A DNA stretch of 64,000 nucleotides, taken from assembly GCA_041602695.1 (NCBI GenBank), contig JBFIFS010000003.1, forward strand, positions 678-64,677. Reading direction: 5' to 3'. Position numbers and translations under genes: made by a program. Origin of the DNA: Kiritimatiellia bacterium. GTDB taxonomy: Bacteria > Verrucomicrobiota > Kiritimatiellia > UBA8416 > JBFIFS01. Position 1 is the stretch's first letter; the number at the start of each line of letters is the position of its first letter. Shown in pieces: positions 10,237 through 18,295 of this stretch. The notes under the pieces were generated by a model that did no database searches, was not told the origin of the DNA, and saw nothing but the letters and a program-made list of their open reading frames with translations.

Positions 10237-10353
10237 CCTGCTCCCGCAGGTGGACGACAGACGCAGATGAGAACCCTGGTTCGCGCAGATCCCGCAGGGA
10301 TCAATTGGCTCTATATTATTCATTGTCTTTAATCACGTCATTTCGCAACATGC

Positions 10354-11142
10354 ATGAATTCCATGAGTGAAATCACCCAAATAGCATTACTCGCCGTAAT
10401 CCAGGGGATCACCGAATTCCTCCCCGTCAGCAGTTCGGGACACCTGGTCCTTATCGGTCACCTCATTGACTTTCAGGAGCAGGGAAATATGACAGAGGTG
10501 GTCCTGCACGCGGGGACTTTTATCGCGGTAATAGTCTATTTCTGGAAGAAACTGATAAGGCTGCTGCGGGATACTGCGAACGGCAGCAGAGAGGCCCGCG
10601 TCTATGCGGGGGCAATAATCATCGGAACCATACCAGTAGTAGCGGCATACGCACTCGCAGGCGACCATATTGAGGCGCTTTTCGACAAGCCGATATGGTC
10701 CGGCGCCTTTCTCTGTGTGACTGGCGCCATGCTCCTGAGCCTGAAATTCCTGTCAAAAGAGACAGGAGATATAACCACGGTGAGAGGCGGCGCGATTGGT
10801 CTGGCCCAGGCTTGTGCGCTGCTTCCAGGTATCAGCCGATCGGGCTCAACAATAGTCGCCGCACGCCATCTGGGTGTCGCCCCCGCCAAGGCGGCGGAGT
10901 TCTCCTTCCTGCTCTACCTCCCAGCCATGTTAGGAGCCATACTAATCAAAGCTTCGGCGCTGTTCAGGGGCACAGAGGCCGTTGTTCCCCTGCACGCCCT
11001 CATCGGCATACTCGTTTCCGCATGCGTGGGGTATTTTTCACTGGCCCTACTGATCAGTGCCGTGAAGCGGGGCAAGCTCTGGCTTTTCGGCTTCTACTGC
11101 ATCGCCGCGGGCGCTGCCTCTATTCTGTTATTGATATTCTAG
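10354..11142 (+). CDS. uppP: undecaprenyl-diphosphate phosphatase
   Basis: GITEFLPVSSSGHL and PGISRSGSTI motifs in a polytopic membrane protein. 262 aa. Confidence 0.9.
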   Translation: MNSMSEITQIALLAVIQGITEFLPVSSSGHLVLIGHLIDFQEQGNMTEVVLHAGTFIAVIVYFWKKLIRLLRDTANGSREARVYAGAIIIGTIPVVAAYALAGDHIEALFDKPIWSGAFLCVTGAMLLSLKFLSKETGDITTVRGGAIGLAQACALLPGISRSGSTIVAARHLGVAPAKAAEFSFLLYLPAMLGAILIKASALFRGTEAVVPLHALIGILVSACVGYFSLALLISAVKRGKLWLFGFYCIAAGAASILLLIF

Positions 11143-11191
11143 CAATATGCTGTATCTCTAGAACTTCGATAACAGCTAAGCGGAGAACATC

Positions 11192-12211
11192 ATGAAGAAC
11201 AGTACCTTCTCGCTACTTTGCCTTATCCTTACGGCAGCACCTCACCTTGCGCGTGCAGACGTAAACAACGGCGACTTCGAGAGCAGCGCCGCGGGCGCTG
11301 CTGACGGCTGGACATATGAAATGACTGAGTTCCTGCAGGTGGCCAAGGAGGCCAATGGCAACAGTTACCTGAAATATGTTAAAGGCAAGCCGGAGTATTT
11401 TGACGCGAAGCAGACGGTCAATATTCCAGGCGGATCTGAAACCATCATGCTGCGGGCCCGCATGAGGCTGAAGGGCTTCGTGAGAAACCAGGACCAGCGA
11501 TGGAAGTGCCCTATGATAGGCATTGACTTCATCAAGGCTGACGGCAGCCGGCGGAAGGAAAAAGGCATCCACCTTGTTTCTGATTCAGGGGACGAATGGT
11601 TCTATCTGTACCGCATGATCAATGTCCCGAGAGGCGCCCAGCAGGCCGAGCTTACGCTAGTAAACGACGCGTCCGCAGGCGAGGTGCATTTCGACGACAT
11701 ATCCATCTCGACCGCCAACGACAAGATGCTCCCGCTCGAGGTAATAAATACGGCCGGACATTTCCAGGCCAGGACCGAGGATGAAACCGTGATCTTCGGC
11801 TGGCGAGCCAGGGTTGCCGGACGCGTACAGCTGCCGGAGAGCGGAGGCGAGTTCTACCTGAACCTGCAGGGTGAGCGGCGGAAAACTGCTTTTGCGGAAA
11901 CGATCCTCGAACTCAATCCCGCGTGGAAGAAGCTCAAGGTCAGCTGCCGCATGAAGAGTGAGTTTCTCGAGGTAGGATTCAGCCCCACTCACACGGTCAA
12001 GCTCGTCCTGGAGTTCGTCGATGAAAATGAAGAGAAGATGGACAAGTGGATCACTCCCATGCAGCTGAAAAGGGACACGCCTGACTGGACGGAGATGAAC
12101 AGCGAGTTCACCGTGCCGGAGGGCGCTGCCGGTCTGAAGATCACGCCGACTGTGCAGCAGTGCGACGGCTCCGGACAGTTCGACGACATCAAAGTCGAGG
12201 TATTACAGTAG
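11192..12211 (+). CDS. secreted protein with two tandem CBM/galactose-binding-like beta-sandwich modules
   Basis: Signal peptide MKNSTFSLLCLILTAAPHLARA. Both halves end in a similar motif (GEVHFDDISIS and GSGQFDDIKVEV). NGDFE...GW is typical of CBM4/9-like modules. Confidence 0.6.
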   Translation: MKNSTFSLLCLILTAAPHLARADVNNGDFESSAAGAADGWTYEMTEFLQVAKEANGNSYLKYVKGKPEYFDAKQTVNIPGGSETIMLRARMRLKGFVRNQDQRWKCPMIGIDFIKADGSRRKEKGIHLVSDSGDEWFYLYRMINVPRGAQQAELTLVNDASAGEVHFDDISISTANDKMLPLEVINTAGHFQARTEDETVIFGWRARVAGRVQLPESGGEFYLNLQGERRKTAFAETILELNPAWKKLKVSCRMKSEFLEVGFSPTHTVKLVLEFVDENEEKMDKWITPMQLKRDTPDWTEMNSEFTVPEGAAGLKITPTVQQCDGSGQFDDIKVEVLQ

Positions 12212-12332
12212 GCTCGGCGGAGCAATGACCGGCTGCAGGAGCCGCTTCCGCCCGCCTGAGACTCTTGTCACGGCCTTCAAGGAAACCTCCTGAAAACAGC
12301 CGCCCTTCTTTATAAAAACAAACTGGAAGGGC

Positions 12333-12361
12333 TTGCCCGGCCGCCTATAACGCGCTATAGT
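12333..12361 (+). promoter_or_regulatory. possible sigma-70 promoter (TTGCCC-N17-TATAGT) giving a leaderless or near-leaderless mRNA
   Basis: The -10 ends 9 nt before ATG 12371. There is no SD upstream of that ATG. Confidence 0.4.
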
Positions 12362-12370
12362 TTCTATTAT

Positions 12371-12895
12371 ATGAAAAGAATACTTTTTGGATCCGTTGCA
12401 ATATTTGTCCTCACAGCAGCATTCTGCCGTTGTCACGCGAATGAGGAAAATGCGAAGGAAAAGCCAGTCGCCCAGAAGCCGGCTGAAAAGGCAAAAGAGT
12501 TTCTCTCTGAAAGCTACACGGACCCTGAAACCAAGAAGGTATACAGGTGGATCGGGGAGTTCAGGCTCGATGACAGTCCCGCCGCGAGGATGAAAGCGAA
12601 ACTCAAGGGAAAGGCGGCTTACCGTATAACCGGGGCCCTCTACGAGATAAAGATGATAGGCTCGCGGGAGGTCCGGTCGCGCCAATCAGGGACTTGCTGG
12701 GTATATATCGAGGACGCTGACGGCAAAGAGGTCGCCAGGGCCACCAAATCTCTGAACACAATGTGCCCTTCGTGAGGGGGCCGAGGCGGCTACTTCGGTG
12801 AAGTAGCAAAAGAGGGCAAATACACTGCTGTCATCTGGACAAAGAAAGGCACGGCCAATATCGGTGCGAAGTACGAGCTTGATATCAAGTTCTAG
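12371..12895 (+). CDS. candidate exported selenoprotein (174 aa, Sec135 at UGA 12773-12775, CPSU motif), family unknown
   Basis: The track ORF stops at TGA 12773, but the frame stays open for 39 more codons to TAG 12893-12895. A SECIS-like hairpin lies 13 nt after the UGA. A signal peptide is present, a terminator follows the TAG, and the Sec machinery lies nearby. Confidence 0.6.
12789..12807 (+). promoter_or_regulatory. putative bacterial SECIS hairpin
   Basis: Perfect 7-bp stem GCUACUU/AAGUAGC with apical loop CGGUG (contains GGU). It begins 13 nt 3' of UGA 12773-12775. Confidence 0.55.
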
Positions 12896-12939
12896 CCCCG
12901 CCCTGCCCTCTTTCAGTCCCGTCAGATCTTTTTTCATGT

Positions 12940-12972
12940 ACACGCAGGCCAAGACGGCCTGCGTGTTTTTTT
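12940..12972 (+). terminator. rho-independent terminator
   Basis: ACACGCAGGCC-aagac-GGCCTGCGTGT (11-bp stem) followed by a T7 run. It starts 45 nt after TAG 12895. Confidence 0.75.
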
Positions 12973-13004
12973 ATGGTCGGTAACCACACAGGTTGGGAGA
13001 AAAT

Positions 13005-13808
13005 ATGAAATCGGTAGAGGGAATCGGACTGGAAAATGTGAAGGAAGTATACTCTGGCCCCGAAGGCGACCTTTGGGAGCTGGTAATGGGCGAGCAGATC
13101 CACATAGGCGGTTTCGCGTCATCTATGGACCTGGCTGAAAAGGCCGGCATCGGTGCAGGCATGAAGGGCGTTGACCTCTGCAGCTGCAACGGCGGCGGCG
13201 TTAGGTTCCTCCTGCGCTACCGCGAAGTCGCGGAAATGTCTGGGGTGGACGCAACCGAAAAGGTGGTCAACCAGGCCAACGAACGCTGTGCTGCGCAGGG
13301 GCTGGCCGAAAGGGCGTCCTTCGTCCTGGCCGACGTATGCGCCACAGGCCTGCCTGACGGCGAAGCTGATTTCGTCTGGGGTGAGGACGCGTGGTGTTAC
13401 GTCGAGGACAAAGCGGCGCTTATCAAAGAAGCCGCGCGAATCGTTAAGGACGGCGGAACAATCGCGTTCACCGACTGGGTGGAAGGCCCGGCGGGGCTGA
13501 GCGATGAAGAGGCGACCCGCTTCCTGACATTCATGAAGTTTCCAAATGTTCAGACGATAGACGGTTATGCCGCGCTTCTGAAGGCAGAGGGGTGCGAGGT
13601 GAGCGAAGCGTCTGACACAGGCCGGTTTGCTCCTTATTGCGCACTTTACATCGACATGCTGACAAAACAGCTTACAGGTGACGCGCTACGCATCATCGGC
13701 TACGACATGGAGCTGATGCAGGCCATGGGCGGAGAGATGGCATTCATGAAGGAGCTTGCCGAGGCGGGCAAGATTGCCCAGGGCCTTTTCATAGCAAAAA
13801 AGGGCTGA
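13005..13808 (+). CDS. class I SAM-dependent methyltransferase
   Basis: GVDLCSCNGGGVRFL (motif I variant) and KDGGTIAFTDW. GEQIHIGGF resembles the GGEDIHVGLY region of sarcosine/dimethylglycine-type N-methyltransferases (from memory). The track start at 12993 is TTG. ATG 13005 has GGGAGA 5 nt upstream. Confidence 0.75.
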   Translation: MKSVEGIGLENVKEVYSGPEGDLWELVMGEQIHIGGFASSMDLAEKAGIGAGMKGVDLCSCNGGGVRFLLRYREVAEMSGVDATEKVVNQANERCAAQGLAERASFVLADVCATGLPDGEADFVWGEDAWCYVEDKAALIKEAARIVKDGGTIAFTDWVEGPAGLSDEEATRFLTFMKFPNVQTIDGYAALLKAEGCEVSEASDTGRFAPYCALYIDMLTKQLTGDALRIIGYDMELMQAMGGEMAFMKELAEAGKIAQGLFIAKKG

Positions 13809-13815
13809 TCAGGTC

Positions 13816-15033
13816 ATGAGCAGATGCTGTCCGGGAAATACTGATAAGGCCGCCCAGTGTGATCCCACCTGCACTCCGCAGGTGGACACACAGGGCCACT
13901 CGGGCGCATGCCGTCCGGAATACCTGGCATGGTTCACCGACATGGTGAACCACGCCTATGAATTCGCGTCGGCAAAGAAAGAGCAGGGTTCCCCGATAGT
14001 GGGCATCATGTGCGAATACACGCCGCGCGAACTTATAATGGCAGCCGGAGCCGTTCCGGTCTGCATGTGCGGCGGGTCGGCAGAGATGATAACACCTGCC
14101 GAAGAGGACCTGCCGTCTAACCTCTGCCCCCTCATCAAGTCCACTTACGGGTACAGCGTTGAAAAGGCCAACCCTTTCATGGAGATGTGCGACCTGATAA
14201 TTGCTGAGACAACATGCGACGGAAAGAAGAAGATGTATGAACTTCTCAGCGAGCGCCACCCCATGCACGTTCTCGAGCTGACACAGAAGCCTGATGACGA
14301 GGACGCTTTCCTGCACTGGAAGTCCGAGCTTCAGAAGCTTCGTAATGCGCTGGAAGAGCGCTTCAACACGGAAATCACGGACGACAAGCTCAGGGCCGCC
14401 ATAGCGGAAATGAACCGCGAGCGATCGCTTCGCATGGATTTGGCGAAACTTATGCAGGACGACAATCCGCCAATCACGGGCCTGGAGCTGCTGGACCTGA
14501 AGAGCCTGATATCCTGCATCCCTGCCGACATCGACAACTACGAGAAAGCACTCCGGGCGCTTCCAGAAAGAGAGCGCGACAACGCGGCCAAAACGCGCGT
14601 GCTTGTTACAGGAGTCCCGATGCCGCATGGCGCGGAAAAGGTCATCAAGATCATTGAAGACATCGGCGGCATCGTTGTCTGCCAGGAAAACTGCACTGGT
14701 GTGAAACCGATCATCGAGCCCGTCTCTGAAGAAGGCGACCCGCTGGACGCGATCGCGCGGAAGTACTTCGAAATCCCCTGCTCCGTTATGACGCCTAACA
14801 CAGGCCGCATTGAGCTGTTGCGCGGCCTCTGCCGGGAATACCGTCCCGACTGTATCGTAGATGTGGTGTGGCAGGCATGCCTTACATACGACGTCGAGTC
14901 AAGGGCAGTCAGGCAATTCTGCGATAATGAGCTCGCGATCCCCTACATGAAGATAGAAACTGACTATTTCCCATCAGACGCAGCGCGAATAACCAACAGG
15001 CTGCAGGCGCTCTTCGAAACAGCCTCAATGTAG
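13816..15033 (+). CDS. 2-hydroxyacyl-CoA dehydratase/BcrBC-family (HGD-D) protein, paralog 1, with a Cys-rich N-terminus
   Basis: 405 aa. GIMCEYTPRELIMAAGAVPVCMCGG and TCDGKKKMYE are typical of the HgdAB/BadDE/YjiM family. The N-terminus is MSRCCPGNTDKAAQCDPTC. Confidence 0.7.
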   Translation: MSRCCPGNTDKAAQCDPTCTPQVDTQGHSGACRPEYLAWFTDMVNHAYEFASAKKEQGSPIVGIMCEYTPRELIMAAGAVPVCMCGGSAEMITPAEEDLPSNLCPLIKSTYGYSVEKANPFMEMCDLIIAETTCDGKKKMYELLSERHPMHVLELTQKPDDEDAFLHWKSELQKLRNALEERFNTEITDDKLRAAIAEMNRERSLRMDLAKLMQDDNPPITGLELLDLKSLISCIPADIDNYEKALRALPERERDNAAKTRVLVTGVPMPHGAEKVIKIIEDIGGIVVCQENCTGVKPIIEPVSEEGDPLDAIARKYFEIPCSVMTPNTGRIELLRGLCREYRPDCIVDVVWQACLTYDVESRAVRQFCDNELAIPYMKIETDYFPSDAARITNRLQALFETASM

Positions 15034-15038
15034 TTGCC

Positions 15039-15926
15039 ATGAACCCACTGACCGCAGCATATTCATCTCCATGGGTACCGGCGCCGCTGGTGAAGGCCTG
15101 CGGGTTCACGCCCCTTCCCATCTACAGCCCTTCCGATGAATACCCGGCTGCAAATGAACCCGTTCCGACAGAGGGCAGATGCCCCTGGTCTCGGGCCTTC
15201 GAAGACATGATTGAACAATCCGAATTCGCTGCAGTGATCATGACTACCACCTGTGACCAGATGCGTCGCACGGCGGAACTGCTGGAACAGGACCGGGGCG
15301 ACATCATAACACTGACCGTCCCCTCAACCACGTCCATATCGTCAATGCGCCTCTATCAGTCCGAGCTGAGGCGCCTGGCTTCCTTTCTTACCTCTCGCTC
15401 CGGCACCCCGCCCACCTCCGGAGCTATCCTCGGTGCCGCAGCCTCGATCAGGCCAAGAGCCTCCCAAAAGGCGGCGCGCACACCTGTTTGCCTCCTCGGC
15501 AGCCATCTCCCTGTTCCATTCGATGTATTTGAGGCAATCCTGGAGGAGCATGGGGCGTGCATAGCGATTGACGGTATGGAAGCGGGCCCCGCCTTCGCGC
15601 CCAGCCTTGACGATTTCACCGAGGGAGCAAGTCTCGAAGGAACAATCAACGCCCTTGGAGAGGCTTATTTCTCGCAAATCAAAGATTCATTCAGCCGCCC
15701 CAACTCGGCCTTTTATCGATGGCTCTCGCTGGAACTGAAGAGTGCCGCCCCGAAAGGAATAATCATCGCGCGCAACTGCTGGTGTGACAAGTGGGCGATC
15801 GAAGGGATCAGGATACGGGAGTGGACCGGGCTGCCGACACTTGAACTGGAATTCACGTCTGGGGAACTCTCGGTTTCGGCGATTTCCCGGCTTGAAGCGT
15901 TTATGGAAACATGCCGCAATGACTGA
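15039..15926 (+). CDS. HGD-D family protein, paralog 2 (short, 295 aa)
   Basis: PWVPAPLVKACGFTPLPI and TTTCDQMRR motifs are shared with paralogs 1 and 3. There is a 5-nt gap from paralog 1. Confidence 0.6.
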   Translation: MNPLTAAYSSPWVPAPLVKACGFTPLPIYSPSDEYPAANEPVPTEGRCPWSRAFEDMIEQSEFAAVIMTTTCDQMRRTAELLEQDRGDIITLTVPSTTSISSMRLYQSELRRLASFLTSRSGTPPTSGAILGAAASIRPRASQKAARTPVCLLGSHLPVPFDVFEAILEEHGACIAIDGMEAGPAFAPSLDDFTEGASLEGTINALGEAYFSQIKDSFSRPNSAFYRWLSLELKSAAPKGIIIARNCWCDKWAIEGIRIREWTGLPTLELEFTSGELSVSAISRLEAFMETCRND

Positions 15927-17298
15927 AATACCCAACAGGATCACGGTCAAGGAATGGGACCGGCGCTTCGCTGAAGACGCCGCAAAACTCATGGACGCCC
16001 ATGTGCCCTATCTCAAGCCCCTCACCGCGTACGTGGAGGAAGGCGACACTCGCCTTACCCGTCTCAAGTTTGACCCCTCGCCTGCATCGCTCTGGCTCTG
16101 GAACTTCCTGCTCAGCGAAAACGAGAGGCTGTCCGCGAAGCTCGAAGACGGGCATCGGCTGGTGGGAACCATGAAGGACCTTGGGACGGTCCCGGTGATG
16201 GCGTATTCGCTTCCCAACCTTACTGCTTTCTATCCGGACGGAGCGTGGTGGATCCCCTGTATCATGGAAGCTAACGCTTCTGCCCTGAAGGCGGCCGAAG
16301 AGCTCGGAATCAATGAATCAGTCTGTCCGGTCAGGGCAATGGTAGGAGCCATCGCCGCGGAATCGGACTTTCCTGTGCCTGGTCTTATGGTTTGCGCTGT
16401 GGGTGCCACCTGCGACGACTTCTCTGCACTCGCCCAGTTCATAAACGGACTGGGGCACGCAATACACTGGTGGGAACTGCCGCACAGGCGGGCTCCAGCA
16501 GCCGGCGAGGAATCCGTCACACTCCAGGGCGGGCTCTCGGCGCCTGCCTCCCTCGTTAGTTTCGTAGTGGAACAGCTCGCTGAAATCAGAAAGGCGCTCT
16601 CCAAATATGCGGGATCTGAACTCACTGATGAAGCCCTGCGTCTTGGGATAACAGAGGCAAACAGGGCCCGGTCCCTGATTCGGGAAATAAGGAACGCCGT
16701 CTTTTCATCAAAGAAGCGCCTTCTTTCCGCCGTGGACCTGCTGATAGCAGAAATGCTTATCATCCATTTCTGTTCCGACCGCGACGAATGTATCCGGCTG
16801 TTCGAGGCCATTCTCTCTGAAGTGAGGCAGCGAGAAGCCGTTGAGCCGGACTCCGACGCCGTCCGGATATTCTGGGTGAATCCGCCCTCGGACATCAAAG
16901 CAATGAACATCCTCGAAGACTGCGGAATGCGGCTGTGCGGCACTGACTTTATGTTCACTCATTCCCTTTCAGCAATACCCGAAGACCTGCCTCCGCTTGA
17001 AGCACTGGCAATGTGCGTTCTCGCGGACCCGATGATCGGCCCCACGCGTGACCGCGCGGGAATGATAACGGCCGAAAGCCGTCGGCTGGGAGCCGAGGGC
17101 ATCGTGGTTTCAAGGATTCCAGGAGCAAGCCATTGCGCCTTCGAGGGCAGCATTATAAAGGAGCTGGCGGGCGAAGAGCTTGACATTCCGGTGCTTGAGT
17201 TGGAGATTCCTCCGGTATGTGACGCCTACGAGCAGTCCATGAGAGGCCGCCTGGAGGCCCTGAGGGAAACAGTCATCGCGCGCAGGACCAGTCAATGA
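15919..17298 (+). CDS. HGD-D family protein, paralog 3 (459 aa)
   Basis: ATG 15919 overlaps the upstream stop (ATGACTGA). VCPVRAMVG, GATCDDF and the C-terminal IPGASHC...ELE region are typical of the family. Confidence 0.7.
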   Translation: MTEIPNRITVKEWDRRFAEDAAKLMDAHVPYLKPLTAYVEEGDTRLTRLKFDPSPASLWLWNFLLSENERLSAKLEDGHRLVGTMKDLGTVPVMAYSLPNLTAFYPDGAWWIPCIMEANASALKAAEELGINESVCPVRAMVGAIAAESDFPVPGLMVCAVGATCDDFSALAQFINGLGHAIHWWELPHRRAPAAGEESVTLQGGLSAPASLVSFVVEQLAEIRKALSKYAGSELTDEALRLGITEANRARSLIREIRNAVFSSKKRLLSAVDLLIAEMLIIHFCSDRDECIRLFEAILSEVRQREAVEPDSDAVRIFWVNPPSDIKAMNILEDCGMRLCGTDFMFTHSLSAIPEDLPPLEALAMCVLADPMIGPTRDRAGMITAESRRLGAEGIVVSRIPGASHCAFEGSIIKELAGEELDIPVLELEIPPVCDAYEQSMRGRLEALRETVIARRTSQ

Positions 17299-18086
17299 GT
17301 AAAGGAAGAGCATTTCTTGGGATAGACGCCGGGTCAAGGACCATCAAGGCCGTCCTGCTTTCAGGCGATGGCGAAGTAATTGACTCGGGGGTGGTCGACC
17401 AGGGCGTGAAACAGGCCGAGCTTGCCGAGGCCCTGGCCGCTGACCTCATAGCAGGGGCAGGCCTTGCGCGCGCCGATGTCGCAATGACCGTCGCAACGGG
17501 ATACGGCAGGGACCATATAGAACTGGCCAACACTACGTTTTCTGAAATCACATGCCATGCAAGGGGCGCGGCACATATTGCCCCCGATGCGCGCACCATC
17601 ATCGATATTGGCGGCCAGGACAGCAAGCTGATCAAGCTCGACGAAAAAGGACGGGTCCATGACTTTGCCATGAACGACCGCTGCGCGGCGGGAACTGGCC
17701 GCTTTCTTGAGGTGGTGGCCAGCAGGCTCGAGGTGCCGCTCGCCGAGCTCGACGCCCTCTCCGCCGCGTCCAAGTCGCCATGTATAATAAGCAGTACCTG
17801 CGTCGTCTTCGCGGAAACCGAAATCATAGGCCTCCTTGCACAGGAGATTCTACCGGCTGATATCGCGGCCGGGATATTCGCCGCAATAGCATCACGCGTG
17901 CAGGCAATGGCCGGCAGGCGTGTTGGCGAACCGGTGGTAATGACCGGAGGGGCCGCACTCTTTGAAGGACTGCATGAGGCGCTTGAAAAGGATTTTGGCG
18001 TAAAGATAACCGTAATCGAAAACCCAAGGCTTGCCGGCGCACTTGGAGCAGCGTTAATAGCAAAGGACAAAGCGGAAGAAGGATAA
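17295..18086 (+). CDS. CoA-substrate-specific enzyme activase (BcrAD/BadFG/HgdC-type ATPase)
   Basis: GIDAGSRTIKAVL, DIGGQDSK, NDRCAAGTGRFLE, VVMTGGAA. 263 aa. ATGA overlap with paralog 3. Confidence 0.85.
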   Translation: MSKGRAFLGIDAGSRTIKAVLLSGDGEVIDSGVVDQGVKQAELAEALAADLIAGAGLARADVAMTVATGYGRDHIELANTTFSEITCHARGAAHIAPDARTIIDIGGQDSKLIKLDEKGRVHDFAMNDRCAAGTGRFLEVVASRLEVPLAELDALSAASKSPCIISSTCVVFAETEIIGLLAQEILPADIAAGIFAAIASRVQAMAGRRVGEPVVMTGGAALFEGLHEALEKDFGVKITVIENPRLAGALGAALIAKDKAEEG

Positions 18087-18137
18087 ATCGAAAGATATAA
18101 CCGAATGCCCGGCGCCGTTCTGTGAGCTATGCCGGGG

Positions 18138-18161
18138 CACTTTCTGCGGATGCAGAAAGTG
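18138..18161. other. 10-bp hairpin between the activase 3' end and the tRNA-Sec 3' end (possible bidirectional terminator/processing structure)
   Basis: CACTTTCTGC-ggat-GCAGAAAGTG. No flanking U-tract on either strand. Confidence 0.35.
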
Positions 18162-18256
18162 GCGGGAGTGAGTGGGAATCGAACCCAACCGGGGCCGGTT
18201 AAAGCCCCACACTGGATTTGAAGTCCAGGAGGCCCACCAGGTACCTGTTCACTCCC
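18160..18256 (-). tRNA. selC: tRNA-Sec (anticodon UCA), CCA encoded, 97 nt
   Basis: 8-bp acceptor stem GGGAGTGA/TCACTCCC. Anticodon arm CTGGA-CTTCAAA-TCCAG. Long variable arm (GGGGC...GCCCC). T loop TTCGATT. Adjacent to selA. Confidence 0.9.
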
Positions 18257-18267
18257 AGCGGAATGCG

Positions 18268-18295
18268 ATATTATCAGTGATAAGGAGGATTTCAA
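18268..18295 (-). promoter_or_regulatory. predicted selC promoter (TTGAAA-N16-TAATAT with TG extended -10)
   Basis: On the minus strand, -35 is at 18295-18290 and -10 is at 18273-18268, 11 nt before the tRNA 5' end. It overlaps the selA SD (18282-18288) on the opposite strand. Confidence 0.5.

Noticed and set aside
10234-10253. 8-bp hairpin CCACCTGC-TCCC-GCAGGTGG overlapping the tRNA-Pro CCA end
   Set aside because: No following U-tract, so I did not call it an intrinsic terminator. It may simply be a processing-related or fortuitous structure.
9993-10353. tRNA-Pro as a possible genomic-island integration site
   Set aside because: No integrase or recombinase nearby, no direct repeat of the tRNA 3' end, and no accessory-type genes on either side. 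The flanking genes (kdsD, uppP) are housekeeping.
13789-14628. Long antisense or alternative-frame ORFs. This one is representative; the others are 44125-45000 (+), 50099-51028 (+) and 60690-61586 (+).
   Set aside because: Each lies entirely within a strongly supported gene on the other strand (HGD-D paralog 1, zwf, flavodiiron protein, octaheme cytochrome). Each has junk-like composition.
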